From Candidatus Latescibacterota bacterium (GTDB taxonomy: Bacteria > Latescibacterota > UBA2968 > GCA-2709665): DNA of 64,000 nt. Where the stretch lies: NCBI GenBank assembly GCA_965203805.1, contig OZ241917.1:5664001-5728000 (forward strand). Direction: 5' to 3'. Numbering within the stretch: position 1 is the first letter of the stretch; the number at the start of each line of letters is the position of its first letter. Below the pieces are notes generated by a model that searched no databases, was not told the origin of the DNA, and worked only from the letters and a program-made list of their open reading frames with translations. The translations under genes were made by a program, and so were the position numbers. Positions 47,854 to 57,368 of this stretch are shown here, in pieces.

Positions 47854-49038
47854 ATGGGCGACCTGATTTCCAGATACCTCGAATCCGCAGCGACGGAAGA
47901 CCTGAATTCGAGGATGGTCTTTGTCGCAGGGCCGCGGCAGGTAGGGAAAACCACACTCGCCACGCTGTTGTCACGGCGCCATTCAAAGAGCGTTTACCTG
48001 AACTGGGACAATCGAACCCATCGGGAGAGGATTCTGCGAGAGGAATGGGATCCCGACAGCCAGATTCTCGTCTTCGACGAACTCCACAAGTACGATCGAT
48101 GGAAAGGACTGATCAAGGGCATCTGGGACACAAGAGGGAACAATGAACGGATTATCGTAACCGGGAGCTCGAGGCTGGACACCTATCGTCGAGGCGGCGA
48201 CTCGCTCCTGGGAAGATACCACCTGTACCGGCTCCACCCATTCACCGCAGCCGAACTTGAGGGCGGCTGGAATGAAAACGATAACGCTGAACCCTATGAA
48301 CTGACATTCGGAACCGCCCGCCCGGACAACGTCCGGCATTTGATGGCGTTCGGTGGTTTTCCCGAGCCCTGCCTCACGGGCCGCACGCGCACACACCGCC
48401 GGTGGCTTCGCGGACGTTTCGAACGGGTCTTCAGAGAAGACATTCGAGACACGACAGTTGTCCGGTCGCTCTCACAGATCGAACTGCTTGGCGCGATGAT
48501 GCCGAAACGCGTCGGTTCTCCGCTTTCGCTGAATGCAATATCCGAAGACCTCGAAGTCAGCCCGCACACGGTTCGAAACTGGGTCGACCTGCTATGCCGG
48601 AATTACTACACCTATGGTGTCGCCCCATATCACCGAGGCATCGAACGGGCCGTGAAGAAATCCGCCAAATACTATCTGTGGGACTGGTCGGAGGTGTACG
48701 ATGAAGGGACCAGATTCGAGAATCTCATCGCCTCCCATCTCCTTAAGTTCTGCCACTTCCTACGGGATGCCAACGGGATAAACACGGATTTGCGGTTTTT
48801 GCGGGACCGTGAGAAACGTGAAGTGGACTTCGTGGTTCTGTGGGATGAAAGACCGTGGTTCCTGGTCGAGTGCAAGTTGACCGCACCCCGAAACCACGGG
48901 CACCTCGTCCGTTTTGCCGATCTGCTGAACGTCAGGCAGCGATATGTCGTCGCGTTGTCCGAGAGAGACGACTACCTGGACCGCCGAACGGGCGTCCGCG
49001 TGCTGCCCGCGTCCAGGTTTCTGACGGCATTTCCGTAG
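47854..49038 (+). CDS. AAA_14 ATPase plus DUF4143 (wHTH and PD-(D/E)xK-like C-terminus)
   Basis: GPRQVGKTT, FDELHK, TGSS, GGFPE, KYYLWD, EVDFV...ECK. Confidence 0.9.
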   Translation: MGDLISRYLESAATEDLNSRMVFVAGPRQVGKTTLATLLSRRHSKSVYLNWDNRTHRERILREEWDPDSQILVFDELHKYDRWKGLIKGIWDTRGNNERIIVTGSSRLDTYRRGGDSLLGRYHLYRLHPFTAAELEGGWNENDNAEPYELTFGTARPDNVRHLMAFGGFPEPCLTGRTRTHRRWLRGRFERVFREDIRDTTVVRSLSQIELLGAMMPKRVGSPLSLNAISEDLEVSPHTVRNWVDLLCRNYYTYGVAPYHRGIERAVKKSAKYYLWDWSEVYDEGTRFENLIASHLLKFCHFLRDANGINTDLRFLRDREKREVDFVVLWDERPWFLVECKLTAPRNHGHLVRFADLLNVRQRYVVALSERDDYLDRRTGVRVLPASRFLTAFP

Positions 49039-49078
49039 AAAACCGCTGATGCGGCGCGTTGTACCGCTGGCGATCGGC

Positions 49079-49867
49079 TTACAGAAGCGATCTGACGAAA
49101 CCACCGTCCACCTGCAGCGACGTGCCGGTGATGTAGCTCGACCGCTTTGACGCCAGAAAGACAACGTAGTCGGACAGCTCCCGCACGGTCCCCAGGCGGC
49201 CCAGCGGGATTTCGTCGGCCAGCGGGCGCATGGCTTCCTGAACGGAGATACCCTCTGCCCGGGCGGTTTCTTCGAACTCCTCCCGCAATAATTCGGTGTC
49301 GATAAACCCGGTGCACACGTTGTTCACCAGAATTCCGTCGCGCGCGTGTTCGTTTGCGAGGGTCTTCGCCGCGCCCGCAACCGCGGTCCGCAACACGTTG
49401 GAGACCGTGTTACCCGCCGGTTGCCTGACCGCAAATGCGCACAGGTTGATGATCCTCCCGCCACCCCGCGACTGCATCAGCGGAATGGCGCGCCTGCACA
49501 TCCGGAGTACGTAATTCAGGATCAGATCCGTGTATTCGCCCCACATCTCTTCCGTCACCTGCGCGAACGGGACGGCGGGCGGGCCTCCGGAGTTGTTCAC
49601 GAGAATGTCGATTCCGCCAAACGCGTCAACAGTCTCCCGCGTCAGTCGATCCACGGTTTCCTCAGTCGAAAGGTCGCCTGCAACGGTGAGCACGTCCGAA
49701 CCCGTCGCGGACCTGATCTCCGCGGCGGCCGCCTCCAGCCGTCGCTCGTTCCTCGCGCACACGGCCACCCGCGCCCCTTCCCGTGCGAGGGCCATGGCGC
49801 ATCCCTTTCCCAGTCCGCGGCTTGCGCCCCCGACGATCGCCACCTTGTCCGTCAATCCCATGTCCAT
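49079..49867 (-). CDS. SDR family oxidoreductase
   Basis: GASRGLG, VNNSGGP, YITGTSLQVDGG. Confidence 0.9.
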   Translation of the reverse strand: MDMGLTDKVAIVGGASRGLGKGCAMALAREGARVAVCARNERRLEAAAAEIRSATGSDVLTVAGDLSTEETVDRLTRETVDAFGGIDILVNNSGGPPAVPFAQVTEEMWGEYTDLILNYVLRMCRRAIPLMQSRGGGRIINLCAFAVRQPAGNTVSNVLRTAVAGAAKTLANEHARDGILVNNVCTGFIDTELLREEFEETARAEGISVQEAMRPLADEIPLGRLGTVRELSDYVVFLASKRSSYITGTSLQVDGGFVRSLL

Positions 49868-50058
49868 CTGAAGACCTCCCCTCCGTTAAACGTGACACCC
49901 GTCTCCGGTCTGCCCCTGCGTACGTTTCGGGCATCCGACATCCGCATTTTCATTGACATTCGTTTCCTCGGCGCGCATGATACCGGCCCGGACCACTGGC
50001 GTGGTCCCGTCAACCGCACATCGTCTGCGCAGTCGGCGAAGGGCAAAGGAGTTCACGC

Positions 50059-51930
50059 ATGAGATCAACCCGGGTACTCGCGGGGAACTTTCGCCATCAC
50101 GGCCCCGCCACGCAGAGCAGCCACCCGAGAGGCATCGTCGCAGCAGCGGGCGGGGACGGCCGGAACGTCGTCCTCGTCTGGCTGTTCGACCACCGGGGCG
50201 GATACGCGCTGCTCGTCATCGACGCCGCCACGGGCGAGAGCCGGGAGTTCCCCGTACCCTTTCCTCCCGGTGACGATTGCCCCTACGCGTCGCTCCTTTC
50301 TTCCAGGAATCGGTTCTACACCCACTTCAACGGCTTTTTCGTGGAGTTCGACGTCAATGCGATGGACTACACCTTCTGCCATGAGACCGCTCCGCGCATG
50401 GCGATGGGACTGACCGAAGACGACACGGGAATCATCTGGTCTTCGACCTATCCGAAGAGCGGGCTCGCGTCCTATGATCCTGAAAGCGGCCAATTCAGAG
50501 ACTACGGGCACCTCTACGCGCAGAATTGGCGCCAGTATCCCACCACGCTTGCCACCGACGACGCGGGTTGGGTCTATTTCGGCATCGGGACCACCCTGTG
50601 CCAGATCATCGCGTTCGATCCGGAAGACGAAAATGGCGCGCCCCTGCTTGCAGAGCACGAACGTTCCCGGGGCAGCGCGTCCGTTTACCGGGACCTCAAC
50701 GGGAGAGTCTACGCCCTGCCGCCAACGGGAACCCCCTGGCCGGGGGACAACCCGGATGCCGAAACATGGTACGAACTCTACCGCGGCGAACGCAAGGAAG
50801 TACCCAGGAGGGAACGGCGCGAGAAGATCTTCATCGCGGGCGACTCCGGCCATTTTCATCCGGACTTCCCGGACGGGAGCCGGCTCGTGGACTGCAGTAT
50901 GGTCGATCGGGTGATATCGGTCGAAGATCCCGACGGCAGTCGCAGGGCGGACGTGCCGTTCGACTACACGAGCGAGGGCGCGCACATCATGGGCGTTGCC
51001 GCGGCCCCCGACGGGACCATCTGCGGGGGCACCTTCTTTCCCAGGCGCACCTTCAGCTATCGTCCGGAAAACGACACATGGAAAGAGCGGGAGAGCTTCG
51101 GCCAGTGGAACACCGTGGGCAGCCAGGGAGGCCGGTTCTTCGTGGGCGGGTACGGCAGCGGTACCCTCCTGGAATGGGACCCGTTCAAGCCGTGGGTGAC
51201 GACGGATAAGGAGAACCCCGCGTCGAACCCCTTCTTCCACCGGACCTGTACGCCGACCATGCACCGGCCCCACAAGTTGCTCGTCCATCCGGACGGCAGG
51301 ACACTGGTCGTCGCGGGAACCCCGGGCTACGGCTATACGGGCGGCGGGTTGCTTTTCTGGAACTGCGAGAGCCGGACGGGGAACCTGATGGAACACACCG
51401 ACCTGTTGCCCGATCACTCCACGGCAAGCCTCGCGGCGCTTCCCGGCCGAAAGCTCCTGGGGGGCACGACAACCAGCCCGGGAACGGGCGGCGAGCAGAA
51501 AGCGACCGAAGCGGAACTCTACGTTTTCGATATGGAACTGAGAAAACTCGAATGGCGCGGCGTCCTCTTCCCGGGGGCGCAGGAATACACGGACCTGTGC
51601 CTTGGGCGGGACGGTCTCGCGTACGGCTTCGTTGACAGGGCGCGCTTTTTCGTCTTCCACCCCGGGAAGCGCGAGCTGGTTCATCAGATTGACACGGAAC
51701 GGACGTTCGGACTGACAGCGCACCAGCAGGGGCCGCGGGTGTTCGTGACCGCGCCGGACGATACCGTTTACATTCTGTTTGAACGCGGCATCGGTCTCAT
51801 CGATAGCGAGTCCTTTGCGATCGAGATGTGCGCCCCCTCTCCCGTGACCATCAGCAACGGCGGGGACTGTCTCAACGGCCGCATCTACTTCACCAGCAAC
51901 TCGCATCTTTACAGCTGGGAAATCGGGTGA
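50059..51930 (+). CDS. hypothetical beta-propeller protein
   Basis: GGAG RBS; repeated DG.(V/I)Y-type blades; 623 aa. Confidence 0.7.
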   Translation: MRSTRVLAGNFRHHGPATQSSHPRGIVAAAGGDGRNVVLVWLFDHRGGYALLVIDAATGESREFPVPFPPGDDCPYASLLSSRNRFYTHFNGFFVEFDVNAMDYTFCHETAPRMAMGLTEDDTGIIWSSTYPKSGLASYDPESGQFRDYGHLYAQNWRQYPTTLATDDAGWVYFGIGTTLCQIIAFDPEDENGAPLLAEHERSRGSASVYRDLNGRVYALPPTGTPWPGDNPDAETWYELYRGERKEVPRRERREKIFIAGDSGHFHPDFPDGSRLVDCSMVDRVISVEDPDGSRRADVPFDYTSEGAHIMGVAAAPDGTICGGTFFPRRTFSYRPENDTWKERESFGQWNTVGSQGGRFFVGGYGSGTLLEWDPFKPWVTTDKENPASNPFFHRTCTPTMHRPHKLLVHPDGRTLVVAGTPGYGYTGGGLLFWNCESRTGNLMEHTDLLPDHSTASLAALPGRKLLGGTTTSPGTGGEQKATEAELYVFDMELRKLEWRGVLFPGAQEYTDLCLGRDGLAYGFVDRARFFVFHPGKRELVHQIDTERTFGLTAHQQGPRVFVTAPDDTVYILFERGIGLIDSESFAIEMCAPSPVTISNGGDCLNGRIYFTSNSHLYSWEIG

Positions 51931-52023
51931 ACCGACCGCGATGGTTCGGAGGGCTTCGCCTGAGCGCCCCTGTACCCGCCCCGGAGCCCGACGTCCGGTC
52001 CGTATGCATGGCAGCCGGAAGCC

Positions 52024-52758
52024 CTACGGATCTATACGAAAGGCTCTTGCCTTCCAGTTTTCGTAAAACCGCCTCGCGTATGTCCTGAAGACGTCGAGAC
52101 GGTCTGTCACCGCCCGTTCGAAGTCGCGCATGGCATCCTCGCCAAGCGTTTCGACCAGGGCATCGTGGTACGCCGGCACGGCATCCCATTCCTTAATTGT
52201 CTCCCCGGTTATTTCGATATGGAACTGTGCGGTGATCGCGTGATCCCCCATACCCATCGCCTGAACCGCGCACAGATCGGACGACGCGAGGACTTCCAGT
52301 TCGTCCGGAACCGTTTTTACCGCCGAGCTATGCCACTGCAGGCAGGGCAGGGTTGGGGGGAATCCCCTGAAGAATCCGCTTCGCTTTCCGTGTTTCGTGA
52401 GGCAGACGTCCATCACCCCGACCTCGGGCCGCTCGTTCCGGCCGACGTGGCCGCCCAGGGCCGCGGCCAGCAACTGGTGCCCCAGGCAGATGCCCACAAA
52501 GGGCATCTCTTTCTCGATGACCGCGTACCTGATGGCGGCTTTCTCATCGACCAGCCAGGGGTACGCATCTTCCTCCCATACATCCATGGGGCCGCCCATC
52601 GCCCAGAGCGCGTCGTAGGCGTCCAGGTCGGGGATGCGCTCCCCGGCATCCAGCTCCACGGCGTCCCACCGGATCCCGTCCTCGGCAAAGAACTCGCGAA
52701 AGAGCCCGGGATGTTCAACGTCGAGATGTTGGAAGACCAGCAGCCGCTCGAGGGCCAT
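52024..52758 (-). CDS. class I glutamine amidotransferase-like protein
   Basis: MGGPM, GICLGHQLL, QWH, QFHIE; GGAGG RBS. Confidence 0.88.
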   Translation of the reverse strand: MALERLLVFQHLDVEHPGLFREFFAEDGIRWDAVELDAGERIPDLDAYDALWAMGGPMDVWEEDAYPWLVDEKAAIRYAVIEKEMPFVGICLGHQLLAAALGGHVGRNERPEVGVMDVCLTKHGKRSGFFRGFPPTLPCLQWHSSAVKTVPDELEVLASSDLCAVQAMGMGDHAITAQFHIEITGETIKEWDAVPAYHDALVETLGEDAMRDFERAVTDRLDVFRTYARRFYENWKARAFRIDP

Positions 52759-52863
52759 AATCGCCTCCCGGGTTTTCCTTCTGGATTCCGGACCGCGGAA
52801 TCGATATCTTGTCATGCAGGGCCGGACAACGGCATTTTGCCAAATCTCGCGGAGGCGGATAAC

Positions 52864-53577
52864 GTGAATCTGTTGCGAAAATGCGGTGCGGAATTCATCG
52901 GCGCCTTCGCCATCGTGCTGGGCGGGTGCGGCGCCATTGCCGCCAACCAGATCAGCGGCGGCGGCGTGACCCACGTGGGCATCGCCACCGCGTTCGGCCT
53001 CATCGTGATGACGATGGTCTACGCCACCGGCCACATCTCGGGGGCGCACTTCAATCCCGCCGTGACGATCGCCTTCTCCTTCACGCGTCACTTTCCCAAA
53101 CGGGAGATCCTCCCGTACATCGCCGCCCAATGCCTCGGCGCCGCGCTAGCCAGCAGCATCCACCTCGTCACCCTGTCTTCCGTCCTGAGAGCCAGGCTTC
53201 CCACACAGCAACTCGATCTGGGCGTCACCCAGCCTCTGGACGGCGCGTGGACTACCGCCTTCGTCTGGGAGTTTCTGCTCGCCTTCCTGCTGATGGTCGT
53301 GATTATGGCGGTCGCCACGGACTATCGCGCCACGGGCCAGGCCGCCGGCCTCGCCATCGGAGGCACGATCTGGTTCGAAGCCATGTTCGCCGGCCCCATT
53401 TGCGGCGCGTCGATGAATCCCGCCCGCAGCCTGGGTCCGGCCCTGGTTTCCGGCAACTGGCTGCACTATTCGGCCTATGCCGCCGGACCCGTTCTGGGCG
53501 CGCTCGCCGGCGCTCTCTTCTACGAATTCATCCGTTGCAACCATGACGGCGCGGCGGAAGCCAAGGGATGCTGCTGA
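52864..53577 (+). CDS. MIP family channel (aquaporin, NIP/AqpN-like)
   Basis: AEFIG, SGAHFNPAVT, GASMNPARSLGP; C-terminal AKGCC; GGAGG RBS before GTG. Confidence 0.88.
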   Translation: MNLLRKCGAEFIGAFAIVLGGCGAIAANQISGGGVTHVGIATAFGLIVMTMVYATGHISGAHFNPAVTIAFSFTRHFPKREILPYIAAQCLGAALASSIHLVTLSSVLRARLPTQQLDLGVTQPLDGAWTTAFVWEFLLAFLLMVVIMAVATDYRATGQAAGLAIGGTIWFEAMFAGPICGASMNPARSLGPALVSGNWLHYSAYAAGPVLGALAGALFYEFIRCNHDGAAEAKGCC

Positions 53578-53640
53578 GGCCGGGCCCTCTGCAATCCCTG
53601 CGCCGCCGTATCGTTTTCTATCAGAGTACGGAAAGCCGGC

Positions 53641-54477
53641 TTACAGCACCAGTGCGACGGCGAGAACGGCCAGCGCCACCCCGGCCGCGGCGACCCGATT
53701 GAGACGTTCCTTCCAGAGGAAGTGGGCGGACAGGTTGTCCAGCAGGATCACGGTGCATCCCGTGGCCGGAAAGAACAAAGTCCCGGGCAGCCGGCTGAGG
53801 GCAACCATAATCACGGACAGCGCCAGGGCGTTGTAGGCGCCGAGGCCGGTCCCCGTCGCGAATTCGGGCCGCCTGGGGCGCCGCATTCTTACCGCGACGA
53901 AGATATAGCCGATGGTACCGGCGGTGGCGCCCATCACGGTCAGGATCTGAAGGAACTCCCCGTCCAGGCCGGCATAGTGGACCGACCGAAGGCAGGAGTG
54001 GCTCAAACCCTGCAGAACGAAAACCGCGAACAACAGTCCGAACGTCTTGCCTCCCCTCTCGCGGGCGCTTCCCCCCGCGCCGGAAGTCATCATCATCAAT
54101 GCGGGAAACGCAAGGACGATCCCGCCGAACTGCGATGGCACGACCGGCTCCTGCCAGAGCCAGATTCCCAGGGCAACGGGCACGGCAATGGAGATGCGGA
54201 AAGCCGTCAGCACGGCTCCGACGGACGCGATTTCCAGGACGCGCATCATCAACGACATCGAACTGATGAATACGGCGCCGGTGATCAGACCGGTCTGTAA
54301 CGCCGCCGGCGAAAACGTGAACCGGCCGGTGGCCAGAAGATAGGCGGAAAGGACCGCACAGAGCACCAGGTAATTCGTAGATACGACGACGGGCGCGTAA
54401 TAGCCCCTGCGCTGAGAGAACTTGCAGATCTGGACAAATCCGAAATCGAGCAGAATCGCGAATATCAGCCAGGACAA
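53641..54477 (-). CDS. DMT/EamA-like membrane protein
   Basis: About 10 hydrophobic helices; WQEP and WKERL repeat motifs. Confidence 0.75.
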   Translation of the reverse strand: MSWLIFAILLDFGFVQICKFSQRRGYYAPVVVSTNYLVLCAVLSAYLLATGRFTFSPAALQTGLITGAVFISSMSLMMRVLEIASVGAVLTAFRISIAVPVALGIWLWQEPVVPSQFGGIVLAFPALMMMTSGAGGSARERGGKTFGLLFAVFVLQGLSHSCLRSVHYAGLDGEFLQILTVMGATAGTIGYIFVAVRMRRPRRPEFATGTGLGAYNALALSVIMVALSRLPGTLFFPATGCTVILLDNLSAHFLWKERLNRVAAAGVALAVLAVALVL

Positions 54478-54697
54478 TACGGGCGCCTTTTCCGTCTTTA
54501 TCGGCAGATTACCATGGACCGGTACAGAGATAACGCGTTCGAGAAGTCCCGCGTGCGTGCCTGGAAGAGGGCTTGAGGGTACGTCGGGGGGCGGGAGTAT
54601 GCGCCGTATCGAAGTTGCACGTGGCTACACGCGGAGCGTTAGAAGGGGCGGGCCGGCGGGCAAGGCGATCGCAACGCGGGGAGACGGGATGAATTGC

Positions 54698-54760
54698 CCT
54701 GCCTGCAGCGCCTGTCTGCGTGCGTACACGCACAGGCAGGCAAGGCACTGCGCAGGCAGG
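54698..54760. repeat. nested REP-like palindrome
   Basis: Outer CCTGCCTGC...GCAGGCAGG enclosing GCCTGTCTGCGTGCG-TACA-CGCACAGGCAGGC. Confidence 0.55.
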
Positions 54761-54794
54761 CGGATGAATGGTGAGGATTTCTTTGTACAGGACA

Positions 54795-55538
54795 CTAATT
54801 TCCCCATGCCTCCCGGACCCACGGCACGGCCGCGCGCAAAGGCGTAACAAACAGCTCGATCTGGTAATGCGTCACGTCCTGTACGACAATCATATCTATC
54901 TGAACGTCCGCCTCTTTCATCGCCCGCACGGTCGTTTCCACGGGTTCGAAAGGAATCACCTCATCGGCGACGCTGTGGATCACCAGCAGGGGAACCTGCC
55001 AATTGACCTCGACGGCATTCTCTTCCGGCGCCGCAGCCATGGGAATGGCCGCCCGGAACAGGTCCGGGTGCCGCGCCGCCAGATACCAGGCGCCCCGCCC
55101 GCCCATGCTGAAACCGGTCACAAGCGTCCTGGTTTCGTCGATCATGTAGTTGGCCTTGACCGCCCGGATCAGATCCAGCACATTCTGTTCGCTCTCCGGG
55201 TTGTCCCAGCCCTGAACCACCGCTTCAGGCGCCACGATGATCGCCCCGAGGTCTTCCAGCGCGGGCCTGATCAGGACCTCCAGCAAGCGGCTGCCGTAAT
55301 ACGGCACGATCACGCCGCCGTAATGCAGCGACAGAATGAGTGGCGTCGGCTGCCCGGCATCGAACCCGGACGGAATGAAAATCGTGTACCGCTGGTTTCC
55401 GGGCGGCAGCACTCTGTTGTGGATGCCGGGTGTCAGGGGCATCCCTTCGTCTTCGGGCCCGGCCGGATCGTCGGACCCGCAGGCTGCCGCCATGGCTGTG
55501 AGCGCTGCCGCCAGCAGCCAGTGGCCGGCTGGCGGCAT
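54795..55538 (-). CDS. alpha/beta hydrolase lipoprotein (esterase/peptidase-like)
   Basis: Lipobox MAAAC; GFSMGG nucleophile elbow; HSVADE; TH. Start approximate. Confidence 0.8.
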   Translation of the reverse strand: MPPAGHWLLAAALTAMAAACGSDDPAGPEDEGMPLTPGIHNRVLPPGNQRYTIFIPSGFDAGQPTPLILSLHYGGVIVPYYGSRLLEVLIRPALEDLGAIIVAPEAVVQGWDNPESEQNVLDLIRAVKANYMIDETRTLVTGFSMGGRGAWYLAARHPDLFRAAIPMAAAPEENAVEVNWQVPLLVIHSVADEVIPFEPVETTVRAMKEADVQIDMIVVQDVTHYQIELFVTPLRAAVPWVREAWGN

Positions 55539-55652
55539 TTTGTTTACCCTGTGGTTTGAGTTTATCATATCTTTCCCGTTGTGTTTTCCTCCCGATGAGT
55601 TCAATATAAAACAACCACGACGCATAACAAAACAAGTATTGAAGGAAGATCC

Positions 55653-57281
55653 ATGACTGGCGCCGATGTCCTGATCCGGAGCCTCAAAGCCCAGAACGTG
55701 CGCTGTATCGTCGGCATGCCCGGCAACCAGAATATCGACATTTACGACGCCCTCCTGCGCGCCGGCGGTGTCGATCATTACCTTATCCGAAACGAACAGG
55801 GCGCGACGCTCCTCGCCAACGGGTATGCCCGTGCGTCGGGCGAAGTCGGGGTTGCGCTCACCGTCCCGGGGCCCGGCGCCGCGAACGCTTCCACGGGAAT
55901 TGTCGACGCCCACACGGACTGCGTTCCCGTGCTGCTGATCACCGGAGGCACCGAAGTGGCCTTCAACGGGCGGGACAGGAGCAAGTGCTTCCACGGCCTG
56001 GACCAGGCCGCCTTCTTCGCGCCGATCACCCGGTTTTTCGCCAGACCTGAGCGCATCGCAGACATTCCCGAAGCCGTCACCGGCGCCTTTGCCGCGCTGC
56101 GCGCGCCGAGGCCGGGCCCGGCCGTAATCGAACTGCCCATGGACGTTGCCGCCGCGGAAGGGGAGGCCGCTGTCCCCGCGTACGTAAACGGGGACCGGCC
56201 CGCGCCGGACCCGGCGGACATCAGACGCGTCGCGGAATTCATCGCGCGCATGGAGCGGCCCGCAATCCTCACCGGCGGCAATACGGCCGATGCGGGCGCG
56301 GTCTCCGAACTTCGGGCGTTTTCCGAAACGCTGAACGCGCCCGTCATCTTCAGCCGGCTCGGCAAGGGCGTGTTTCCAGACTCCCATCCGCTGTCAGCCG
56401 GTCACTGCCGCGCCCGGCTGGCCAAAAATGTCCTTCAACAATCCGACGGGCTGATTGCCGTGGGGTGCCGGTTCACGCAGATCGACACGTCCGGCTGGAC
56501 GATGGAAATGCCCGCCGCGCGCGTGCAACTCGATCCGGATCCGGCCGAACTCGGCCGGGAAATCTCCATCGACGCGGGTGCGGCGGGGGACCTGAAGCAG
56601 TCTGTGCCCGCGCTGCTGGACGCGCTGGGCGAGACTGGAAGACCATCCGCGGTCTGGAGCGAGTGGCTGGATTCATCGCGGCGCGAAGTCGCCAGGTCCC
56701 GCCGGCCGTTGCCGATCATGTCCGCGATGAGAGAGTGTCTCGACGCAGACGCGATCGTGTCCGTGGACGTGACCTCCATCGGGTACCGGTCCTTCGATGA
56801 ATTCCCGATTGACCACCCCCGGTGCTTCATGTATCCATGTCATTCGGTCACACTCGGTTTCGCGGCGCCGGCGGCCATTGGCGCGAAGCTCGCCCAACCT
56901 CACCGTCAGGTGGCGGCCTTCTGCGGCGACGGCGGGTTTCAGATGACCGCCTTCGAGCTGGCTACCGCCGCCGAACATGGCATCGAAGTCATCTGCGTGG
57001 TCATCAACGACGGCAGCCTCAGCGCCATCCGGGGCGCCCAGGCCAAGGCATTCGACGGTCGGGTCATCGATACCGACATGGAGACGCCCCGGATTGCCGA
57101 CCTTGCGCGTTCCATGGGCGCACGTGGCGTGCGGGTGGAAGCGCCCGATCGTTTTCCCGCGGTTTTCGCCGACGTCATCGGACTTGAGGGCCCGACGGTC
57201 ATCGAAGTTGTGATGCAGAAGCAACGCGATGCCCTCATCCGGCAGGTGCCGTGGCTGTATCCCGATCAAGCTGACCGTTAA
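55653..57281 (+). CDS. thiamine diphosphate-dependent enzyme (acetolactate synthase-like)
   Basis: RNEQGA, GPGAAN, GDGGFQM...INDG. Confidence 0.9.
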   Translation: MTGADVLIRSLKAQNVRCIVGMPGNQNIDIYDALLRAGGVDHYLIRNEQGATLLANGYARASGEVGVALTVPGPGAANASTGIVDAHTDCVPVLLITGGTEVAFNGRDRSKCFHGLDQAAFFAPITRFFARPERIADIPEAVTGAFAALRAPRPGPAVIELPMDVAAAEGEAAVPAYVNGDRPAPDPADIRRVAEFIARMERPAILTGGNTADAGAVSELRAFSETLNAPVIFSRLGKGVFPDSHPLSAGHCRARLAKNVLQQSDGLIAVGCRFTQIDTSGWTMEMPAARVQLDPDPAELGREISIDAGAAGDLKQSVPALLDALGETGRPSAVWSEWLDSSRREVARSRRPLPIMSAMRECLDADAIVSVDVTSIGYRSFDEFPIDHPRCFMYPCHSVTLGFAAPAAIGAKLAQPHRQVAAFCGDGGFQMTAFELATAAEHGIEVICVVINDGSLSAIRGAQAKAFDGRVIDTDMETPRIADLARSMGARGVRVEAPDRFPAVFADVIGLEGPTVIEVVMQKQRDALIRQVPWLYPDQADR

Positions 57282-57368
57282 CCGTTTCGGCGCCATAACG
57301 GGACAACAATAGCCGCAAAAAGCACAAATGGCACAGAGCATGTTGAACACTCGAGAAAGCGAGGAGCG

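Noticed and set aside
50065-51906. 613-aa antisense ORF; likewise 13909-15981, 56673-58559 and the 5' extensions of ORFs at 41394, 52165 and 54795-56387
   Set aside because: Antisense or extension artefacts of high-GC coding sequence; the opposite strand or a later start carries the motifs and RBS.
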